In this document: piece after piece, positions 55,361 to 64,000 of the stretch
How the letters are laid out: each line of letters opens with the position of its first letter
How positions within the stretch are numbered: the first letter of the stretch is position 1
Assembly (NCBI GenBank): GCA_002269645.1
Contig: NIVC01000977.1
Span: 331,261 to 395,260 of the forward strand
Direction: 5' to 3'
Origin: Macrostomum lignano
Taxonomy: Eukaryota
Length of the DNA: 64,000 nucleotides
Made by a program: the position numbers and the translations under genes
The notes under the pieces: generated by a model
Seen by the model: the letters and a program-made list of their open reading frames with translations, nothing else
Databases searched by the model: none
Told to the model about the DNA's origin: nothing

Positions 55361-55838
55361 GCCCTCATATAATGCTTTTGTCACTCTTGGTGCACTTTCT
55401 TGCTGAGCACTGATTGGCTGGACGTTTTTTTCTCTAGCTGTCTGTACCCCTCCTCCATCCCTGACTACCCCATGCGCGTTACTTTCTCTCCTTGCGCGGC
55501 GCTGATTGGCTGGAGAAGGCTGGGCGGGGCGCTGTCTGCGCGGCTGGGGTGGGGTCGCTTGTTAAGCCTGCATGCCCCCCGTGCCGGCTGTGGCCTATAT
55601 AGGCCTAGTCGCACTGAAAGACATCATGCCAGTTTGCATTAGTAAGCTAAGAAGTTAAATAAGGTACACGTATTGCCAGCTAAGCAAAGTGAGCTGTGTT
55701 TCGCAGTCTTCGTTCTATCAATTGCTTAGGGGAACCTAAGGGGAGTTGTGTTCGGACACCCAGTCACGTGGGAGCGTCCTGACGCGGGCAATCAAGGACC
55801 CGTGTACCAATACTGCACTAGTATACATTTGAACTGTT
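55361..55838. mobile_element. ~480-bp promoter-like insertion flanked by the 13-bp direct repeat ATCTGAAGACCCT (also present at ~49284-49761)
   Basis: The direct repeats lie at 55348-55360 and 55839-55851. The interior has two GATTGG (CCAAT) boxes, a GGGCGGGG GC box and CCTATATAGG. Confidence 0.45.
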
Positions 55839-56624
55839 ATCTGAAGACCCTGAAATAAATCTTAAGACACGGAAGTGTTATCGCTTCACACGGCGCTCTT
55901 AAATCCCATTTCACCCATCTAGCCAACACCCCCCCCCCGAATCCAGACGAGCAGAGGTGCCTAAATTATTGAACAGCTTTTTAACATCCTATGCCTCTAG
56001 AAGAGGGCATAAAAGAAATCGAATTAATTAAGAAATCTAAAATGGGAAATGAAATCTCCGGTTCGATATATTTTGCTGCTGCCATTCGAATTCTTAAAAC
56101 TATTTGATATTCTCAATCGGCCGGATTTTGTCTCGCGTTTCAATTAAATAAATAATTAATTAAACTGCTAGTTTGCTTCCAGACAAGCGATGGGGTGGAT
56201 GCAGAGTGACAAAACAAGATCGGGTTAGATAGCTGCCGCCGATTTCAAGTTGGCTGACTGGTTGGCTGCACTTTTGGAATTAATTAATCCTGGCCTGTGG
56301 GATCTCCTCGTCAGCAATTGTGTGTGGGCCGGCTCTGCCGCTACCAGCAGGCAGGGGGGTGGTTGAGCCTATTTTTGGCCTCGGGCAGGCCGGGTTGCGG
56401 GGCGAGGTGAAGACCAGCAACGGGGGCGAATATTGAGCGCGAAAAATGTTTTCCTGCGATGCTGTAGTACATGCTTTCCCAATCAGGCCGGCTGGCCAGC
56501 TACCAACAGATTGCAGTTGTCAAATTGCATTCTCTCGAATTTGAAAAGCAGAGGAAAAATTCGAGCGTACTTTGATTTGAATTAGTTTAGATTGCCGTAA
56601 AATTATTCTCAGGATGTTCACGTC

Positions 56625-56870
56625 CCAGAGTAAATATGTTCACATCCCCGTGACATCATGTTCACATCCCCGCGACACCATGTACTTCACATCTGCGTGA
56701 CATCATGTTCCCATCTGCGTGACATCATGTTCACATCCCCCGTGAAATCAGGCTTCACATACCCGTGACATCATGTTCACATCCCCAGGCAATCATGTTT
56801 CTTATACCTGTGACATCATCATGTCCACATCCCCGTGACATCATGTGCTTCACATCTCCTTGACGTCATT
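56625..56870. repeat. Degenerate ~22-bp repeat (GTGACATCATGTTCACATCCCC)
   Basis: Imperfect units, read directly. Confidence 0.8.
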
Positions 56871-57837
56871 TTCTAATCCCCCGAGGATATCCTCATCCTC
56901 AGATTGCATGAAGTGTCCCTCAGCTTCCAGCGTTATCCTAAATCACCACTGTTGTCCGTAATTCCTAAACCCATAGTCTACTATCCGTAATCACGAATTT
57001 CACATAATTATTCCGATATTAACATCGATCTAGCACGCTCGTATCCTCATGACATAATCTTCATATTGCCTTGGCATTATCTTCATATAACCCACTCGTC
57101 CTCAAAAAACTTTCAGATCCCATACCTCCAAGCTAGCATCCCCGATATCCTCTCAATCATCCACAAGTGACCGGAACACAATCATCTGATCCATGATATC
57201 GCATCTGTGGGCGGCGGCTACCAAGACCTCTGATGCACCGAATTTTCGAGCACTTTCATTTGCCAGCATCCAATGTCCCAACCCGCATCGCCCACTTCAG
57301 TTGCTATGCATTTGGGCTGCCCCTACAAACCTCGAGAGGCCTAATCTCCCCTCCAAATCCTGCCACCCACCTCCCTATGCATTTTTACTAAGATTGCAGT
57401 TTAGTAGCATAAATCACAGAGTTATCGCGCCAGATCCTGCAACTTTGGTATAATTAATCCAAGGTACTGCACTGCATTTTAGATACAAAGGCTATTTTAC
57501 ATTATTTTTCTGTCCAAAGAAATTTTTTTGCAATAGAACACTCAAATATATCAAATATTCTTTTCTAACAATTTTGTGTGCAAAAGTAATATTCGGAGCA
57601 ATAATACGATTTACATTTTAGTTAGGTGCAATAAAAATTGGCTGACAATAACATTACGAGTATTAACAGATTAATCTCTCATGGCGCTTTTACTTATGTA
57701 AATTCTCTTCAAAAATGTCTTTTTTCTACATAAAGCAGCATATTTGCAGGCAATCGATAAGGTGTATCTACTGATGTGTCTTTAAAGCCGAAATTATCGC
57801 GAAAACTTTTCAAACGTTCAGGGGCCAAGTGGAAAAA

Positions 57838-58485
57838 CCGATTTGGCGCCGATGGTACCAATTAAGCGCCTCTAGGATCTTATTTGGCGCCTCGAGTATC
57901 TATTTGGCGCCACTAGGATCTATTTAGTGCTGATGGGATTTATTTGGCGCCTCTAGGATCTATTTGGTGCTGATGGGATTTATTTGACGCCTCTAGGATC
58001 TATTTAGTGCTGATGGGATTTATTTGGCACCGATGGGATCTATTTGGCGCCGATGGGATCTATTTGGCGCCTCGAGTATCTATTTGACGCCTCTAGGATC
58101 GATTTAGCGCCGGTGGGATTTATTTGGTGCCTCGAGTATCTTTTTGGCGCCTCTAGGATCTATTTAGCGCCGATGGGATTTATTTGGCGCCTCTAGGATC
58201 TATTTGGCGCTGATGGTACCTATTTAGCGCCTCTAGGATCTATTTGACGCCTCGAGTATCTATTTGGCGCCTCGAGTATCTATTTACCGCTGATGGTATT
58301 TATTTGGCGCCGATGGGAGTTTTTTAGCGCCTCTAGGATCTATTTGGCGCCGATGGGATCTATTTGGCGCCTCGAGCATTTATTTAGGGGCTAATATGAC
58401 CTATTTGGCGCCGATGGGATCTATTTGGCGACTCGAGTATTTATTTGGCGCCTCTAGTATCTATTTAGCGCCGATGGATCTATTT
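57838..58485. repeat. Mosaic 20-bp minisatellite (TATTTGGCGC + variable 10-mer)
   Basis: Read directly. Confidence 0.9.
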
Positions 58486-58818
58486 TGCGCTAGTAAATAT
58501 ACAAGCATCACAAAAATTATTTAAAAGTTAAGCACAGTGAGCTCTCCTTCAAGAGTTTCCCCATTGAGTACAAGTACTGTGGCTAGTGCAGTTCAGTGCA
58601 TCCTGCACAAAGCGATGCTCAAAAATCAAAGAATTCTGTGGTGCAGCAAGCAAGCGAGTGGGAGGCGCATATACAGCACGCTTTCAACACTATCGTATAG
58701 AAAATTGCCAGATATATAAATTCCTTATGAATTACGCAGAGAATACTAAGTAAGCCAGTAATTTATTAAAAATATCGCATAAAATTCGTCAAAAAGACAC
58801 TAAAGACAGGCGCTAGAG

Positions 58819-59030
<212 letters not shown>

Positions 59031-59037
59031 GTATATG

Positions 59038-60920
59038 TCAAGTCTTGGGCCCTCTCCTGGCACACTGGTGCCCTACAAAGTACACGAGTCGTCCGAATAT
59101 GAGCAGGAACTCGCAAATGCTGACTATGGCCATGCCGATCCACAGGCCCATGATGCCGCCGATGTCGCTGAGAAAAGACTTGAGCGGATAGGCCTCAGAT
59201 TCCGACATCACCTGCATGTCGGCCGAGGCGTAGCCAATTTCCAGCAGCAGCAGCCGCTCCTGCATGTACTCCAGGCCGGCCTCGTACAGTGGCTTGGGCT
59301 GCGGGTTGCTGTAGTTCATGCCCTTCAGGAAGGCCGCCCGCATCGTCTCCAGCACCCGGGCGCCAACGCTGGTGCTGTTGAGCTGGACAATGGCTTTGTC
59401 TAAGAACGGCTTGATTGTGTTCACGAATATGCGCGCGAAAGTGCTCGGGTGCTTCCTGGAGAGCTGCGACTCCGGCCAGGGCACGATGGAGTGCACCGAG
59501 GAGAACTGCTCTCGCCGGCACACCTTCGGGCACTTGTCGACGGACACGCGGCTTCGAAACTCGTGGTCGTGACACTCGTCGCGCTTAAGGAACTTGGCGA
59601 TGTCGTCGTGCTTCAGCAGCTGGCTGAACGGCATCGTTGAGACGCCGTCAAGTCCGCGCACCATGCAGAGGGTGTCGTTTCGCGGATCTTCGCGGCACTC
59701 GCGCGGGAACTGCTGGTGCGTAAAGGCATCATCCGGGGGCAGGTTGCAGAAGAGGTTGCGCGTGTCGCCCAGGCTGTTCAGGGCCGAGTTGTACAGGTCG
59801 ATCTCGGTGGGCAGCAGCGCGCTCAGGCAGCCGCACTGCTCGTAGATCTGCCTCTGCAGGGTGACATCGGTGCACAGCGCCGAGGTGTAGGCAACATTTA
59901 GCGTCCTGCTGCTGCTGACGAATAGGTCCTCCTTGATCTGGTAGAACTTGTTCTCGGCGATGCAGCTGGTCTTATTGTCGGCCACTACTGGCAGCTGGGA
60001 GACAACCATCTTGCGCAGGTCGATTTTCGTGTAGTGTCCGGTGCGCAAGAAGTAGCGGATGCTGTCGTGACAGCCGAACGACTCGTTGAAGCAGATGTAC
60101 AGCCACAGCCCACTGTCCGACACCAGCTCGAAGGCGTCCTGCTCAGCGTAGAAGTACCAACCGTCGGGTACGTTGATCACGGCCGTCAGCGGGCTGGTCA
60201 CGTGCTCCTGGGGCTCCCAGGAGAAGCAGCGGTTCCGCTGACTGTCAAAGGTGGTGCCGAGGTCTTTCATGGCCGGCTCGTCGTCGTCCTGCAGTCCGAT
60301 GTGGACGAATACGTCCTCCTTCTCGTGCTGGATCTGGCCGCGCTCGCGCCACATGTGGATAAGGTACCAGAGGAAATTGTTCTTAATCTTCATGCCAACC
60401 ATCTTGCGGTCGACGTTGTTGTCCCGAATCTTGTAGATGAAATTCCAGAACATTGGCAGGATCTCGTTGTAGATCATCTCGAAGGTGACGTTGCGCAGGC
60501 GCGGGTTCGGCACGTTCAGCATACTGCGAATCGCGTGCCGCTGAGGTAGTTCTTGCGGACAGAGCAGATCGACGGCATCCGGTCAACGCGTTCCACCCTG
60601 GTCTCCGTGGACACCGGGGTGGACTGGTACCGGATGGTGATGGAGACCAGGTGGATGACGAATCCCGTGAATGTGGCCAGGAACACCACGGCCCAGAACA
60701 GCCGGTGGCAGACGTCAGCTGACCGGGCCATCTTGCGTAAGGCCGGGATCGAGTTCTCCTGGAAAGCGGCCTTCACCTGGCGATTCTCTTGCCCGGCTGT
60801 CGCAGGCCTTCTTTGTCGCAGCCGTGGCCGTCCCGGCCTCTGGGTCGGAATTGAGTGGCTCCTTTTCATCTTCCTTCTGGGGCTGCTGTTGCTGCTGGTT
60901 CTGCTGCTGTTCATCTCCAT
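59038..60920 (-). CDS. DEG/ENaC-superfamily ion channel subunit, FaNaC-like, about 625 aa once joined; coding region is intronless but interrupted by a frameshift near 60520-60590
   Basis: ORF 61013-60516 gives TM1 (RLFWAVVFL...HLVSITIRYQSTPVST). ORF 60522-59038 gives RCFSW, GLWLYI, a Cys-rich thumb (CTDV...CGC...CPKVC...WP) and TM2 (SEAYPLKSFLSDIGGIMGLWIGMAIVSICEF). The first ATG is at 60920, with a 3' splice site at 60947-60948. It could be a pseudogene. Confidence 0.85.
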
Positions 60921-61179
60921 TGACTTGTTGTCCGGCTTTTTTCGATCTGGATATGACGAATTAGGAGTAAAAAAGAAGAACTCGACTGCAATTGCTGTTC
61001 CATGGCTGCGCAATTCTGCCGCACACAGAATGAGGCCAGTTTAAATGCAACAAACAGCAAATATTGAAAATGTTTTCACTGCAACTGCGCCAGCCCAGGT
61101 GACCCGCCGTGAAATCGAGAAATTTTACGCAAATGACAATATCCAAAAGGGAACCGGTGTGTCCTGCAACTCTGAATGT

Positions 61180-61311
61180 ATATACACACCAGCAACGCTA
61201 GCTAAAGGTATGTACACACAGCACGCTAGCTAAAGGTATGTACACACCAGCAACGCTAGCTAAAGGTATGTACACACCAGCAACGCTAGCTAAAGGTATG
61301 TACACACCAGC
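61180..61311. repeat. 30-bp repeat, about 4.5 copies (TATGTACACACCAGCAACGCTAGCTAAAGG), upstream of the DEG/ENaC gene
   Basis: Read directly. Confidence 0.88.
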
Positions 61312-63737
61312 GCTGGCAAAGCCACTGATGGCGCCAAAGTGTAGAACACAATAAAACGTACGCAGCGCACAAACGCTAGACCAAAGTTTTTAACCCAACG
61401 CTATAAATTGTGGATCTCTGCAGCCCAGCTTTCATTGCTGCAGAATTCACTACAATCCGCAAGCTCTGACCAAAGGTCGGATAGAAGACGAAGAAGACGA
61501 ACCTCGTGGCTACCAGACTTTATACACATTATTCTTTCTCCTATGCTCTTATGGCCTTTTCGATTCCTTTACCCTCCGTTACGAGCTATCCAATAGTTTG
61601 CTATGCACTTTCTATTTTCTGCATCTAAATTAACATTTCCCTCTATCTGTACAGAGCGGAATGCTTAGTCTGGTCGGGAGGACAAATATAAACTTGCAGC
61701 ATTTTGGTTCTTCTCTACCTGAATGACCAGCCCAGTGAGTCATTCAATATTTTCTTATATCAGCTGGCTGCATTAGTTGATTGGCAATAACTCACCAGGA
61801 AGTCTCAAGGTGCAGGAAGTCTTCGCGGCAATATTACTCAATCAGTCTTGCTTTATTACTAATAAAGGTGCATTGCCCCAAATGACAGCTGCTTTGATGA
61901 ACGTTTCTCTATTGAGGCAATTCTTCTTACTTTCCACTAAAGTCTGACACAGTCACCCGTGTGAAGAGAAGCATAGGCAGTTTTATATAAGCCAGGTCGG
62001 ACCCCTCGCGAGGCTTGATTGGCTAACTCCAACACAACCTCCAACTGGGCCGTGGATTCCACCAAGGACCTTTCTGGTCGTATGGCATGCCATGGATTAG
62101 AACCCCCCCCCCCGAAAAGTTTTTTTGCTGCGCCAAAACAAAGCAACGCACGCACATGAAATTCGAGAATGCGGGCTCACTTTTTGTTGCACACCTTCTC
62201 AAACAGGAATCAAGTAGCCAGTCCTTAGGACCGTCGTGATATTCAACGATTCTGCCAGAAGGTCGGATTTTTCCTATAAGCACCCCTGTGCGCCAATCAG
62301 CACTGCACCTTCGTGCAGCCTTGCCAAACCTCTAAATTTCATCAGCACGTCGATCACATGTGTCTGCATCAGCTCTGACTTCGTTGGTCACTGGCCCTTC
62401 ACCCAGACGAAGCTTCCGGACCTTCAACAGGTGGCCATTGACGGGCGGAAAAATGGTTTGGTATTACTTACAGCTGAAATAGTAAATTTTACTATGCAGG
62501 ACTTTCAAAGTAGACCTTTATCTCTGCTAATGCTTATGGCCCACTAAAGAGGAAACGCAAGCTATCCTGCACCCCTGTTTTGCTATCTGGTACACTAGTT
62601 CTTATTCTCACCTCTCACCCCCGTCTTTCTCTCCCCCCACTCGCCCCCGCTGATTGGCCAGCCGCGCTTGCGCATGACCTTCACCCCCCTCCTGTGCGTG
62701 ATTGGCTCTGCCCAGACTAGCTTCAATTTCTCTCCCCCTTGCCCCAACCACCTCAGTCTGTCTGTCTACCCCTAGCTTAGCCTCCACCTCCTCCAAAGTT
62801 AGTAGCCTTTGTGGCAATTGCCTTGAATTGAAGAAGATGTACTTTTATTCTGTCTATCTACGGTGTGAATTGAGAAATTAAGCTGGAATCTTATCCTAAA
62901 CTAATCAGTAAAGCGCTTGTCTGCTCTCCAATCCACCAATCTACAATTAGACGTCCATGGTATTCAATTTGAAATCCCGCGCTTATTCTACCTTCTTCTG
63001 CCTTCTCCGCCAGCGCTGCAGAAAATCGTTGAGCCTCAGGTTCTGAGATTTCCTCCCAACAAAACGAGTATGGGGGAGTTCAATCAAGTCTCATGTCGCA
63101 ACTCAATGCATCATTCTCAGAAAAGTGGCAGTTAACAAAGAAGCTGGGCTCAACCAATAGCTGGGTCGTGCGTTTCAGCCTCATCCTGAGTTGTACTCTC
63201 TCTCTCTCTCTCTCGTGTTATTACTTCCTCACGATATTTAATACCTTTGGCAATGAGCGTGAGCGATAAAATTGGATTTGAGATTTATTTGAGCAAAATC
63301 GATGCATTCAGCTAATGCGACAAAGCACTTTAATTGCTGGAATGGCACCGTTAATGGGTTAATCAATAGCTTTGAATGCAGCAACATCATAAAGTTTTAT
63401 TTCAAGTCTTCCTGTTCGACAATGCAGCTGCAGAATACAGTTTGATGTATCTCCATCTACTGCAGAGTTTAAATGGTCCATTTTCTGATGCAAACCTTTC
63501 CTTTGACTAGCTAATAATGCATTATACAATACTCTCGTATCCGATGGCATCATAAAAGCTCGTTCAATTTCCAATTTTGGCAATTCAATTAGAGACCGTG
63601 TGAACTTGTCTGCTTTGGAGCTGTCTCAGCATTGTTCTGATTCTTTTTCCATCTCGATCGCATTTCACATTTCATTGCAGCTTTGAAATATTTTGGAATA
63701 ATAAGCAGTAGATGGTACTTTTGGTGCTGAGATGAGA

Positions 63738-64000
63738 TCTAGAGAGAGGAGAAGAGATCTAGAGAGAGGAGATGGGTAGAGAGAGGAGATGAGGGCTAGA
63801 GAGAGGAGATGGAGGACTAGATAGAGAGGAGATGAGAGCCTAGACAGAGGAGATGAGAGCTAGACAGAGGAGATGAGAGCTAGACAGAGAGATGAGAGCT
63901 AGAGAGAGAGATGAGAGCTAGACAGAGGAGATGAGAGCTAGGAGAGGAGATGAGAGCTAGACAGAGGAGATGAGAGCTAGACAGAGGAGATGAGAGCTAG
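63738..64000. repeat. 20-bp purine-rich minisatellite (AGAGAGGAGATGAGAGCTAG), continues beyond the right edge
   Basis: Read directly. Confidence 0.9.

Noticed and set aside
60543-60562. 20-nt GT...AG intron that would repair the channel frameshift
   Set aside because: It is far below normal spliceosomal intron length, has a weak donor, and would delete conserved-looking residues.

Overview
Eukaryotic (metazoan) genomic DNA, not prokaryotic. It has GT-AG spliced genes with GC-rich exons, AT-rich spacers and a very high load of minisatellites and microsatellites. The style resembles what is reported for free-living flatworms such as Macrostomum, but that is an inference and the species cannot be determined here. 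Genes supported from the sequence: the 5' half of a Dicer (minus, 6 exons, runs off the left edge); a damaged intronless TAK1/MLK-like kinase (minus); an orphan 298-aa ORF (plus); TTC38 (minus, 4 exons); a GT31 beta-1,3-galactosyltransferase (plus, 3 exons); an orphan type-I membrane protein (plus); and a FaNaC-like DEG/ENaC channel (minus) split by a frameshift, with both conserved pore motifs altered (HG to PA, GxS to GMA). All 10 introns of the three spliced genes contain a tandem repeat. Other structure includes a recent ~6.1-6.3 kb tandem duplication (43454-55846) carrying a tRNA-headed CORE-type SINE with a target-site duplication, several solo-LTR-like or Helitron-like elements, and a 662-bp exon-intron triplication. 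Most long ORFs in the supplied track are artefacts of tandem repeats. No rRNA, functional tRNA or CRISPR array was found.
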